The notes beneath the pieces are model-generated. The model saw only the letters and a program-made list of their open reading frames with translations. It was not told where the DNA came from and made no database searches. Below, in pieces: positions 29,388 to 42,568 of a stretch of DNA of 64,000 bases. The DNA comes from Chrysomallon squamiferum (taxonomy: Eukaryota; Animalia; Mollusca). The translations under genes were made by a program, and so were the position numbers. Positions within the stretch are counted from its first letter, which is position 1, and each line of letters starts with the position of its first letter. The stretch lies in the NCBI GenBank assembly GCA_012295275.1, contig CM022672.1, forward strand, positions 19,468,001-19,532,000, given 5' to 3'.

Positions 29388-30270
29388 ATTTCACGGAATG
29401 TAAATGAAGCAGTAGCGTGCTGGTGGATGAACTGAAAATACTATGATCAACAATTGGGTTTGCGTTAACGCACTCCGAAAAAAAAGGTCTAAGTTCTTTG
29501 TCTTGTAAAATGTGCGCATTCATTTACGTCGGAGTGGCGTAATGAAAAGCGAAAATATCAGCGCTTCTCAACCGGCGACATTCAGTGAAAGCAAAACAGA
29601 GAGAGACAAGAAGCGTGGTTTACGTTTGGAATCGGTATATTTTGTTGACAAGCACGACCAAGAGACCGCGGTGAGAGAAATTCAAAGACGACGGACGAGT
29701 GTTTCTCTCCGAATAAGCCAGATTGATTTCTGCAAAGTGCTTGCTTAATGTTTACGTTTGCTTTAATTCCCATCTAAGAGCCGTCAGAGCTGTTGTGTTT
29801 TATTGAACTTTATAAGATCACCCTTTTAAAAGACAGTGTCGTCCATAAAACTTAATTTATTGCTTAACAATATTAACTAAGACGTTTCTCTCGCGGATTG
29901 TGTTCGTCTTAAGGGTCATGGCTTCTGATATAAATGACTCATTAGAATGAGTTTGTGAAAGCAGTTCATAAAGAGATCTGTTTATTTTTCTTCGGGGAAT
30001 TGGCCATTTTTATTTATATAATTCCAGCTACTAGTTTCCGCCCATAACAGAGAAATAATAATGCTTTTAATATTATTAGCATCGCCTTTAATATAACTAA
30101 TAATATCATGAGAGATTTTAATCACTGATGCCTTGTTTGATCAAAATATTTTATTCTGTATCTGTCAAGTCTTTTTATATTTATCCAATCTTTCCATAGT
30201 CTTTCTGAATCACCTTAATTTCATTTCGCAAACACACACAATCATTTTATCGCGCATACACTCATAATAC

Positions 30271-30371
<101 letters not shown>

Positions 30372-31093
30372 ATATCTTTCACTTTCTCGTTCATACACAT
30401 ACATAATCATTTTTCAAGAATTCCATCTGACTGGCAGACACAGCTATTCAATTATATTAAATGATCATCGTACAGAATATTTGTCAGTATCCGTGACAGT
30501 GACTGATGCGATTGTTTTGTTTATCGACTGACGAAATCATTTCGCTTAAAATATTTGTATCACTTAAATATATTGTAATGTGGATAGCGTAAGTCGAGTT
30601 AAACTATCGATATGGAAACTTGAGTCTGATACTTTTCTTAATTCAAGAAATAATTCAAAGACAAGGTATATCCTTTGTTTTAAATTTTACTACAACAACA
30701 ACTTTTACTACTACTATTACTGCTGCTACTACTAACACTACTAATAATAATAGTAATTATTTTTGAAGAAAATTAAATTAGAAATACGCAGATCTTTGAA
30801 AGATAATGATAATTTTTTTTCTTCTTTCAGACGTTATTTTAGCAAGTCTTTCGACTCTTCGTTTATATTTTTTGAAAAAAAAAAAGAAGAAGAAAGTGTG
30901 ACATATTATTTTCCATTTAGATATATCGAATTGTTGACGTATAAAAACATCATGGATATCGTTGCAAATGCACTTGCGTGTTCTTGGTTTCTTGCTTGAA
31001 CGTGTTAAACGACTTACTTTATTGCAAGTCTGGTGATTCCATTGACCCAACTTTTAGCAGATAGTTAGCCCCCGAATGAAAAGACTGCGTTGA

Positions 31094-31107
31094 GCGACAT
31101 CTAGTGG
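31094..31107 (-). promoter_or_regulatory. CTCF-like motif
   Basis: Minus strand reads CCACTAGATGTCGC, one mismatch from the canonical CTCF core CCACTAGATGGCGC, at the edge of a CpG-rich block (31080-31540). Confidence 0.5.
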
Positions 31108-32947
31108 TCTTAATGTCATTGGAAAGTCATTTAGTCCCTTGATTCTCAACCTGTTAAGGCCAATTGAATTTCTTCATTTCCCTTTTGGCCTCTTGCTCGG
31201 AGGGGTCGCACAATCAGGCAAAAATGATGGTGCAAAGTGATGGAAGACGACTCCAGGTCGATAGCGGTAAAAGCGAAAACCGCGAGAAAGCGCGACGTTA
31301 TTTATCTGATTCAGGACTCGGTTTTGTAGCGCGGTGACCGTCCATTTACAAAAGCAGCGCCTCGGCCGGGCTCTGTGTAATAATAGACTGGCTATCGGGC
31401 GTCACGCTCGCCAAGTCGGTCTGTCTGACAACACTCAATTCCGCTTCGTGTTGATAGAAATCAAACATCATTAAACTTTCAATTTCGCCCGCCTTTAACA
31501 CTGCAACTGCAACGATCTTTCTCACATATCTCGCAAATAAACTGGGTTTTTGGAGGGTTTTTTTTAAAGTCATTTGGCTGGAGGAATGGCTGGTGAAAAC
31601 TGTGAAATCATTTTTTTTTTTTTTTTTTTTTTATTTTTTGTAAATTTTTTATAAATAGACTAATTTGTTGTTTTTTTTATTATTATTATTTTTTTTTTTT
31701 TTAGCTTTCAGACCATGGTCTCGAGAAAACACATAGACGTTATTACCATATTCAGAAAAAAAGAAAGAAAAAAATTAAAAATTAAAAAAAGAAAAAGAAG
31801 TCTGAATAATAATATTTATACATTGTCTGTTAACTACTTATACTACATAAACCTTCAAAACGTGTACATGAAATGCCCAGTATTTCGTCGTGTATTAATG
31901 CACTTAACACATTCAAAATCTACGCTTACATTGCACCATATACATATAGATAGATAAGAAACCCGTTGCAATATTTTTCTGTTAGCAGCAAGAGATCTCT
32001 GTTACGTGCACCTTCCCAGAGAATGAACAATACAAACAAAAGTCTTTGATTAATCTTTTGAGGAAATTAGATGGTACTGAAACAAATACCAAAATCATCA
32101 TTTTTTTGTTGTTGTTGTAATTAATAACAAAATAAATTAAAGAAGGAATAATTAAATAAAGAAAATGTGTATGTTACGAGACTTTGGTCTGGGCAGAAAT
32201 TGACCAATTGGTCGCATGTCGGAGTATAAGTGCCGGACTCCGATGAATTCTTGTTTCTTTTCCCGTAATCAAAATTTCAATAATTGCTTCAAGAGTCTGT
32301 TTTATCATTCTGAGTGAAATGTTTCCATTATAAATAATCCTTTCAACAGAGGAACAAACAGAAACCGAAAAGCTTAGACAGACATAGAAATAGACTGATA
32401 GATGTACTATAGACAAATTTGCATATTTAAAAACAGGATGCTCTTGATCATGTAATTGAGCTTGAAGCTGAATGGGAAATAAGAACAGTGAAAAAAAAAA
32501 TGAAAAAAAATTTCGAGACGTCTTTGATTCTAGGTCTGGTCTTGTATATGTGTATATACAATATATTTCGTTTCAGACGCTCATCTCCATCAGAAAATCG
32601 TTCCGCAACCAAAAGCAAACAAGATAATTAGCTCACAACACGATCATACTGAATACAGATGTTACTTTGCTTTGTATCTAATTGTAGATCTCGGCAATTA
32701 CCACGCCACGACCGTGTTGGGCGCTGTCGTGTAATTGCGCCTTCAGCCCCAGCTTCAGCTAATACTTTGATTCCTATTCCAAACTCGACTCTGCAGCTGG
32801 ACCGGACAAGATATCCCTCCAGTGTGTAACGCATCATTCGATTTTAACTGCGGCGACTTGACAAAGACCTGCAGGAAGAACACTGCGTGCAGAGGATTCG
32901 CGTGTAGGTGGTAACAGTTGTAAGACATTCGCACGCAAACATACACA

Positions 32948-32950
<3 letters not shown>

Positions 32951-33011
<61 letters not shown>

Positions 33012-33193
33012 CTATATATGTATCTGCCGTGCATGTTTTGTCCATTGTTTGTGTGTGTATGTATGTATGTATGTATGTATGTATGTATGTATGTATGTAT
33101 GTATGTATGTATGTATGTGTATGTATGTATGTATGTATGTATGTATGTATGTATGTATGTATGTATGTATGTATGTATGTATGTATGTATGTA

Positions 33194-33246
<53 letters not shown>

Positions 33247-33247
33247 A
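32951..33247. repeat. Compound microsatellite (CA)n ... (TATG)n(TG)n
   Basis: Direct reading; source of several spurious ORFs. Confidence 0.95.
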
Positions 33248-34133
33248 TTTGCATGAATTTGCATGTTTACAAATTCAAACACTGCCCATCATTGCTTTAT
33301 ACGAGATAATGGTATTGGTTTTCTATATATGGGAAGGTGGTTATAATTATTATAAATATGTGTGTGCGTGTGTGCTTGCGTTTGTATGCATGTGTGTGTG
33401 TGCGCACGTGAGTGAGTGAGTGTGTGTGTGCGTGTGTGTGCGCACGTGAGTGAGTGTGTTGATAATCAGTAGTATTTAAACATCCGTTCATTCATTTTCG
33501 TAAACGTACACACTAACATCATTCTCCCAAGAAAATTCCGTCGTATGCGATAAACAAGTCTTCGTATACTATAAAACGCCCATGCACAAAGGGAAGTTTA
33601 TTTCACGGAAAATAGACCAGTTAGCAGTATCGATCCTTTGTTCCAACGCAGCTTCTGGCTAAATATACAACGACTCAGCTGAAGCCCTTACGTTAATTAC
33701 GTTTTGTTTCAGATGCCCAAAGATATTTGGGAAAAATACAGGATCAAGTGTTTCCAAGCCTAAGCTCAGTGAAGACAGTCCTATATTAGATGGATAATAT
33801 CATCTGTTAAAGGCTGAAATGCGACTGTGTATCAGGAATGTTCTCAGATATGTCAAATGTTAACTTGCTGGCTGGCAGGATAATAGATTTCGAGTTTCTC
33901 AAGTCCAGCATTTAATGGATTAATTGGCGAGACTGTAGACTATTGTATTAATTTTCTGTCATCAAACCTTGAATTCTGGTGCGTCCAGAAGCCAAAAACG
34001 TCTACATATGGCATATTTTTACCCGTAAAAAAAAAAACAGTTTTGAAAATGGCGTAAGCATGATTATAATGTATTTTTTTTTAAACCTCATACATAGACA
34101 TTTATCTGGTAGCTGTTATAAATAAAAATTAAA

Positions 34134-34474
34134 CGGACAATTCCTCACTGGACAATTCCCTACTCCACATACACACACATTTATATATACACACACAAAC
34201 ACACAGGCATACGCACATACGCACATACACATACACACAATCACACACACACACACACACACACAAAAACACCCACACAAGCAAATGTACACATGTTATT
34301 AGATCTATATCATCATCATAATCATCATCACCATAATTAATATTATTATTATTATTATTATTATTACAGGGTATTACTATGTTGAATCGTGCCACGGACA
34401 CTTATATTATAAAAGATTAAGAGTGGGGAATTGTCCAAGTTGGTTATTGTCCAGTGGGGAATTGTCCTGGAACC
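34134..34474. mobile_element. MITE/foldback-like element with repeated GGACAATTCC subterminal motifs
   Basis: Left end GGACAATTCCTCACTGGACAATTCCCTACTC; right end GAGTGGGGAATTGTCC...CAGTGGGGAATTGTCCTGGAACC (inverse). The interior is simple repeat. Confidence 0.6.
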
Positions 34475-34914
34475 GAATAGATACTAGTAATCATAACAGC
34501 GGTGACAGCAGTAGCAGTAGTAGCACCTGCAGCGGCAGAAGTAATAATAATAACAATAATAAAATTAGCGTTAAAAAATCAGCTGTAACATATCAGTAAG
34601 AAGGCATGTTCTGTTTTTAGCACTATCGTCGGTGTATATCACAACACAAGTCATTTAATTACGATAGATGAAGTTATCATTTAATCAGAAGGCTTTGACC
34701 CAAATGCAGAATACGTGTTAGAAGATAACAAACCAAGTTTCTGATTCTGCTTTGTAATAAGGTATCAGATAACAACGACGAAATAATAATATGAAATAAA
34801 ACTTTAAAAAACCAACCCTCCCCGGTACTCTTGTAGTGAAAATAAACCAAAAGCTAGTAGTAAATAAATAAATTATTGAAAACTGCTGTCAAAACAGAAA
34901 CGGTGGAAGAGGAA

Positions 34915-34917
<3 letters not shown>

Positions 34918-35003
<86 letters not shown>
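34918..35003. repeat. (GA)n microsatellite
   Basis: Direct reading. Confidence 0.95.
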
Positions 35004-35006
<3 letters not shown>

Positions 35007-35448
35007 ATAATAACACAAAGAAATGAAAAGCAATTTGAAATAATCCAAAAAACAAAAATAAAAATAAAAATAAAAACAAAATCGATTTCTTGGTGTTTAA
35101 TAAAACGCAGTGTGTCAATATTATAAAAACTCGAATCACATTAAAATAGTTCAAAATCAAGACCGACTCATGCAGAAAGGTAATAAACTTTGCGAATTCC
35201 TTCGTCTTGAAATTCTCTTATTTATTATTTATATTTTTATTTTATTTATATATTGGTTTTATTCAAAGACATTTTTTTATTATATATTAACTAGTGTCAA
35301 GTATATGTGTTGTTTTTTGTTTGTTTGTTTAATTAATTAATTAATTTATTTATTTATTTATTATTGTTGTTGGTTGGTTGGTTGGTTTATTTGTTTTATT
35401 TAATTTATTTATTTATTTGTATATATTTATTATTGACGTTGTTGTTTC

Positions 35449-35455
<7 letters not shown>

Positions 35456-35491
<36 letters not shown>

Positions 35492-35511
35492 TATTATTAT
35501 TGTTATTGTTA

Positions 35512-35580
<69 letters not shown>
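35456..35580. repeat. (TAT)n microsatellite
   Basis: Direct reading. Confidence 0.95.
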
Positions 35581-35581
<1 letters not shown>

Positions 35582-37240
35582 AAAATTCAGATGTGAGAGA
35601 CTGCAGGGTCAGTTTTTCTTTAGGACCCACTTAGGGTTTTTTCTCCTCTGAAAGGCCGTGATAATGTGTTTTCTCGTCAATGGTAACTAATCAGAAGTAG
35701 TGCCTACTGGATCAACAGTAGCCGAGTTCCTCTGTTAGATCAGTTTATGTGAAATTAATTACTCACACAGTACAACCATTAATATTAAAATACGCTCTGA
35801 TGTCATTAAATATTCAGTCAACATTCGTTTTTAATCACCGTGGTAGTCAATACATCTGTACTAAATCAAACAAAAATAATCTCCTCCATTATTAGCGTCA
35901 GGGTTTTCAAGGATCTGTTTATCATTACAGTCGTTATATTGTTACGCAAAGGACGGAGTTATTCGTGGTCGTTCCAATTAATGATGTAAGCAGTTAGCTG
36001 GAATAACTTCGGATATTGTTTCCCCATTAGATACAGCTTACAGGAAAATCTTTCGCTTATAATATCAGTCTGCTCTCGCCAAGATGGCGCCTAAGATACA
36101 GAGAGGTTAAAATCAGCAAACATCGTTCGAGCGCATAAATCGTAACCTAAATGACTAATTGACTTACTAACCCGCTTGATATTGTAAAGATGCATGTACT
36201 CGCGATTCTGGTAATAATATACGATAAAAGGCTGGCGCGTCTATATCTGGTCGATGTACTTTAAAAACAAGATGACGACAATGACTATAATTAATTTTAC
36301 GGATCAGAGATGTGTTTAAATGTCCCGAGAACTTATTATAATTAAACAAAAAGCCATTACCGAGTGAAAATTCTCCGCTTCAAGTGACTCGCAGTGAGCC
36401 TATGGGGACGTGTAATACGGGCTTATATCTAACAAGGCAAACGGCTTATAATGATAACAGACCACGTTAAGTCCGTCGTTACTGGACAAGATCTGCGTGC
36501 CAGAACAGAAGAGTTCGTTAAAGAGATCTTTAATATAGAAAGTCTCGTCTTTTTATTTTCATTTCTTTAACGGTTATTTATTTATTTATTTATTTATTTA
36601 TTTTATTTATTTATTATCATCATCATCATCATCATTATTATTATTCCTATCATCATTTTTATTATTACTAACATCATCTTCATCATCATCATCATAATAA
36701 TTATTATTATTATGTTGTTGTTGTTGTTGTATACTTTACTTTGGGTATATTTCTATCTGCAGCATCGCACAGATAACGCACTGTCTGCTGGGGACACTGC
36801 CTGAGAAACATAAAACGATTAAAACTCTGCACTTGAAAATGAACCTTATTTGTTATATGCGAGACGCCCGCCATCTAAAGTAAAAAAATATATATATAAA
36901 AAAATAAAAATTAATTTTTTTTTTTTAAATTAAAAAATTAAAAAAAAAAAAAAACACATTAAAATTTTATGAAGAATTTGGATAACGTCATGAGCGCCCA
37001 TCATGACAGAAAACGAATACCGATGTTGACATGACTAAATTATTCTAATAACAAGTTGGTAGTTTCCAGTGATTGTAAAATAGAAAATGTTTCCGCTTGG
37101 AAAAATATGCATAGAAATGCTCGTTGGAAGGAGTTTTAAAACTAAATACTGGAAAAACGAAAAACAAAGTCTGCTTAGTTTAATGAATATATATATATAT
37201 TTACTAAGCTGTATTTTTAGTTTTTCAAAAGAGCTAACAG

Positions 37241-37295
<55 letters not shown>

Positions 37296-37779
37296 GGCTG
37301 TCATAAATGTTTATAATCTGCAATAATTAAACCGATAGATGAAATATAGATATATCAAAACGTATTTATACATAATTATCAACTTAATTAGTAATCTGAT
37401 TGGATGGAGTTTTTTGATTAAATTTCAAATTTTTTTTTCGGTTTAAAGAGGAACCTTTTTATTCCTGAAAGAAGTAAAAATATCTGCTACAATCCACAAA
37501 CTATTGAGAAAACGAAGAAAATAAACTAACACCCACACCCACACATATATATCCAGGCAGTGAATACGTTTGTTTTCATCATGACTCCATCTAATCAGAT
37601 ACTACATTAAGTTGATATATATATAGCTATATTTAAATAACGTAAATTATCATTGTGTAAGACAGATTATAAGAATATACCTCAGTAAATATATAAATAA
37701 CCGTATTTAGTTAGCTATATTCTTTGTTTTCCAAAAGAAATAATGCATTGGCTCAATAACGAGAATTAAAAGAACGCCA

Positions 37780-37784
<5 letters not shown>

Positions 37785-37831
<47 letters not shown>

Positions 37832-37956
37832 TATGGTGATGATGATTATGATGATGACGGTAGATCTAATAACATGTATACATTTGCTTGTATGAGTGTT
37901 TTTGTGTGTGTGTGTGTATGTGTGATTGTGTGTATGTGTATGTGCGTGTGCGTAGA

Positions 37957-38015
<59 letters not shown>

Positions 38016-38167
38016 AGTAAAGAACTGTCCAGTGAGGAATTGTCCGTTTACAGTTTATTTATTTATTTATTTATAACAGCTACCAGATAAATATCTATGT
38101 ATGAGGTTTTAAAATACTTTAATCACGGGACATACAGTACATTATAATCCTGCTGACGCCATTTTCA
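37785..38167 (-). repeat. Inverted copy of 34044-34370
   Basis: The reverse complement matches blocks such as CATACATAGAxATTTATCTGGTAGCTGTTATAAATAAA, AAACGGACAATTCCTCACTGGACA and CATGTTATTAGATCTA..CATCATCATAATCATCATCACCATAATT. Confidence 0.85.
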
Positions 38168-39193
38168 TAATATATAAGTATACGTTGTCTAAATATTATT
38201 CAGATGATGCTGAACTCTATCCAAAGGGGTGGGGGAAGAAACAATTAAATAATAAAATAAATTAATAATAAATAAATGAAAGAAAGAAAGAAAAAATAGA
38301 AACATAGAAACACAGAAAGAAAGAGGATAAAAGACAAATCTGAAGTATTATGGAATCCTAGTAAACACTGTTTACAAAAGAAGAAAAATGCATAAAAATA
38401 CCAAAGAAAAAGAAGAAAAAAACCAAAGAGCAAAAAAAAAAAAAAAAAAGAAAGAAAGAAATAAAAAAAAGAAATAAAAAAAGAAATAAAAAAAATAAGA
38501 AAAGAAAAGAAAGAAAATAAAAGAAGGAAAGAAAAAAAAAATGTTCCGTTACAGATGCTTGTGATTGATAATCGTCACGTGACATTAATTTGAAACCAAA
38601 TCTCTGATTTATGTGCCGCTTGAGACATCTACGAATATAACTGACCAAAGAATGTATTTCTAAACGACCGAAGGGCAGCGCATTAGTATAAATATTTAAA
38701 CCAGTCCTGAAATTTCTTATATTATCGATTTTCCAAGTTTTCTTACGTCTTTGTGCTTTATTTATTAGATGTGTTTCACACCTTCAGTTTTACGTATTAT
38801 TTGGGGGTTTTTTGTTCCCTTTTCTCTTTCTTCTTTCTTTCGTTCCATACCTTTTCCTTCTTTTAGTTTACTAGCCTATTATTATTATTATTATTATTAT
38901 TATTGATTATTATTGTTTGTTGTTGATGATGATGATGTTGTCGTTGTTGTTAAGATACACACCCATACTCACACCCTTTCTTATATAACTGCACAAGGAA
39001 AAAGGTCTGCAGTTAGGGCAGAGTGGAAGAAACATTCGTCATAATAAATTCATAAGTGAAAACCTCTGGGAAAGTGTCTATGGTCACCATTCGCCCATTT
39101 TCGAACCATTACAGACAGCTTCCCACCTTCGCTATTTCTCGTCTTATATACCCATTTGATAACACCATCATTAAATAAAACAAGCATCAACAA

Positions 39194-39243
<50 letters not shown>

Positions 39244-39477
39244 GGATTAATGATGCATTATTAATTTATTTATTTAAGAAAAAACAATATAAACAAAACA
39301 AATTTAATATATGTATGTAGATAAACATGACAGAGAAAACGAGCGAGTGAACTGCACACGAAAGGCTGGAAAGAACAAAACAAACAAATAAACAAACAAA
39401 CAAATCAGAAAGAAAACTGTGCAAATTGGGATGATCAACTTTATCGCTCTTAACTGCATTCCAGAATTACGACAAAA

Positions 39478-40555
39478 GAATAGTAACACCGGTTTTTCCT
39501 ACTTCAGCTAGATTTATCTCCCTTCAATTGTTCCAGGAAAAAATTAACTTTTTAAAATTTGACCTAATAGCCGAGTTTTGTCATTATCCAGTTTTCGAAC
39601 ACGTTTATTTTATTATTATTTTTTTTATTATCATCATTATTATTTTTTAAACTCAAATAAAATGTACGTACACTGATTAGAAATTGTATTTTTAATTTCT
39701 GATATTTATTATAGTAATTCAATGACGTAATTTAGCCAATTTCTGGTTATGATTCGAGGCTACTAAAAATACCAACTTTCATTTCCCAGCCTCTAAATAT
39801 AGTTCTTACAACATTTTATCATTCTGATTTTGTTTACTTCCTAATCGAACTGAGGTAATTTATTATTATTAGTAGTAGTAGTAATACTAGTATTAGTATT
39901 AGTATTACTATTAGTATTAACTGTCGTGATCGTTGATTGGTGCTGTTGCTGCTGTCGGTTCTTTTCATATGTTCACTGAATTGTTGGACAGAAATATTTC
40001 GGAATTTAGTTGGATTTCTCCGGCTGTGGAAAAGATCTGCCATTAGAATTTCAAGATAATTTACGTATTACAGTTATCAGGCTTTAGGATTTTAAAATTT
40101 TTCAAACTGTCCAGAACTAATTATGTAAGTTTTCGTTTTCGACTTTTTCTTTTGAAATATTTATTTTAGAATAGTAACAGCGGGTTTTTCTTACTTCAGC
40201 TAGATTTATCTCCCTTCAGTTATTTCAGAAAAATTAACTTTCTAAAATTTGACCTAATAGCCGAGTTTTGTCATTATCCAGTTTTCGAACACGTTTATTT
40301 TTAATTTTGTATTATCGTTATTATTATTTTTTTTTTAACTCAAACTTTCATAAAATTTACGTACACTGATTGCAAATTTTACTTTTAATTAGCACAAAAT
40401 TTAATTTCTGATATTTATTATAGTAATTCAATGACGTAATTTTACTATTTTAGTCAATTTATGGTTATGATTCGAGGCTACTAAAAATACCTACTTTCAT
40501 TTCCAAGAATTAATGATGTAAGTTTTCGTTTTCGACTTTTTCTTTAAAAATATTT
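39478..40555 (+). repeat. Local direct duplication upstream of the RING gene (A-X-B-A'-B')
   Basis: 39478-39787 is nearly identical to 40168-40505 (e.g. AAAATTTGACCTAATAGCCGAGTTTTGTCATTATCCAGTTTTCGAACACGTTTATTTT). ATGTAAGTTTTCGTTTTCGACTTTTTCTTT occurs at ~40123 and ~40516. Confidence 0.9.
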
Positions 40556-40681
40556 CTTCAAATGATTCGTACTTTCCATCTGTTTCATTCAAGTAAGTAA
40601 ATGTGCTATATAGCATTATCGCTGGCTTTAAAATATTAGTAAAACTTAAATATGTGTAAAATGTTTCCGTCACATTTTCAG

Positions 40682-40739
<58 letters not shown>

Positions 40740-40841
40740 TCATACATCGAGCAATATATTCATTTATGTATTATTTATTTTAATTTACTTATATATATAT
40801 TGTCTGTCTTTCTTTCTTATATGTGTGTGTGTGTGTGTGTA

Positions 40842-41094
40842 CAGTGGTACCTCGACTTACGAGTGCCCCAACTAACTGTTTTTGCTTTGAGTTGCGAGCC
40901 CAAATCCGAGTTACTTCAGATACTTCAGATGGCGCAACGAACAATATAACATCCGGCCAGCATCCCGCGTCTTAATCGTTTACTTCACGTGGTTACCTCC
41001 CCGCGGTTACCTCCTCGCGGAAGCATCTCTGTTTTGATGTACTCGCGTTTTGTGCAGTATTTTAACAATTTACTCGTAAGTCAAATAACCACTG
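40842..41094. mobile_element. Tigger/pogo-type MITE
   Basis: TIRs (TA)CAGTGGTACCTCGACTTACGAGT ... ACTCGTAAGTCAAATAACCACTG(TG). The CAGTGG..CCTCG terminus and TA target are typical of Tc1/mariner-pogo Tigger elements. Confidence 0.8.
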
Positions 41095-41224
41095 TGCGTG
41101 TATATGTATATATATATATATATATATAAAAAAAAAGAAAGAAAGAAAGACAAAAAGAGATAATTTTAAAGTGAAATATTTATCTGTAGAATACCAGTAT
41201 TTATAAACACATACCATATATAAT

Positions 41225-41260
<36 letters not shown>

Positions 41261-41472
41261 ACTGAATTTTGTTTTCTATTTTATTCACCCTTTTGGTTGA
41301 AATCTAATGACCGATATGTTCTTTCTGGGTGTATGGTTGAACTATTGAATTAATTTATTAATGCATTCACGTATCTATATCTTTAAAACAAGATTATAAT
41401 AATGACAATATCCCGAGAACATATACTCCGAGTATATCCTATCTGAAGTAACTTGTGTTTACTGACATAAAA

Positions 41473-41752
41473 GAGCGCTTATCCTTTTTGTACACTCTGT
41501 ATGACACATTTAGTACTACAAGTATATACTTTGTCCCCGATTCATACTTGAAATAGATACAGATACTTACGACATAGCTATGAATGAAAAAAAAAAAAAA
41601 TTATAATGATATAAATAAATAAAAACAAAATAAATAAATAAATAATAGAATGCTTATCCATTTTGTACACTCTGCGTGATGCATTTAATACTGCAAGTAT
41701 GTACTATGAAATAGATACAGAAATTTACGACATAGCTATGAATGAAAAAAAT
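41473..41752 (+). repeat. Two-copy tandem duplication (~115 bp unit)
   Basis: GCTTATCC.TTTTGTACACTCTG...TGAAATAGATACAGA.A.TTACGACATAGCTATGAATGAAAAAA at ~41476-41590 and ~41652-41750. Confidence 0.8.
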
Positions 41753-42327
41753 AAAATGAAATAATAATAGTAGTAGTTATAATAGTAATAATAATAAATA
41801 ATGCATTGGCTCAATTAAAAGAATGAATAATAATAATAATAATAGTAATAATAATAAAATGCTACATATATTACGAAACGTGAACTAATACTTCTACTAT
41901 CTCTCTACTATACCGTTACTACTACTGCTACTACTACTACTAGTACTAATACTAATATCACTATTAACACCACCATCACTACTAGTACTACTACTGCAAC
42001 CTCTTCTATTATTATTTCTGCTTCAAAATAAGATGATCCAAAACAACTTGTGCCATGACAAACCTAGATAAACATAAAAAACCCAGCAAAACAACAACAA
42101 CAGCACTAATCAGCTAAAACAACCATTAATTCACTCTGCTCGCAATATAAACTATTCCTTCACTGCTACTGCTGCTACTACTACCATTTTTTTCTACCAG
42201 TTCTAGGCCTACCATTATTATTACCTGAACGATTCCCACCACAAACATTACCACGATTAGTATACTAGCTATAACCTCTGTTTCAGATACAGATGTCAGT
42301 TTTTATTTGATCTAGAGCGCCCAGTTA

Positions 42328-42568
42328 ATGGCTGAAAAATATCCTTGGCGTGAAGAACCTGAAATATGTTATTTCATGAGGTCTTGTTCATGTGATGAAG
42401 AATTGGCATTGAAGTTACAAAGAGAAGAAGAAGAATTAGCATGGAACTTTCATAGAGAAGAAGAATTAGCACTGAAGTTGCAAAGAGAAGAAGAATTACT
42501 TAACCGAGATCGTTCTTGTGCAGAAAAATTACAAGAAAAACTATACACAAGAGACAGTTCTGATGATG
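42328..42568 (+). CDS. MIU-RING E3 ligase, coding exon 1 (tandem MIU-like repeats)
   Basis: MAEKYPWREEPEICYFMRSCSCDEELALKLQREEEELAWNFHREEELALKLQREEELLNRDRSCAEKLQEKLYTRDSSDD. In-frame TAG upstream (42313), acceptor TTTCAG at 42286, phase-1 donor G|GTATGA. Confidence 0.8.

Noticed and set aside
32692-32738. Hairpin GCAATTAC...GTAATTGC as a pre-miRNA
   Set aside because: The stem is short and bulged; too little pairing for a miRNA precursor.
32755-33491. Cluster of long ORFs (up to 175 aa)
   Set aside because: They are translations of (CA)n and (TATG)n microsatellites; the same applies to the poly-I/N/Y, ER, SL and CV ORFs elsewhere.
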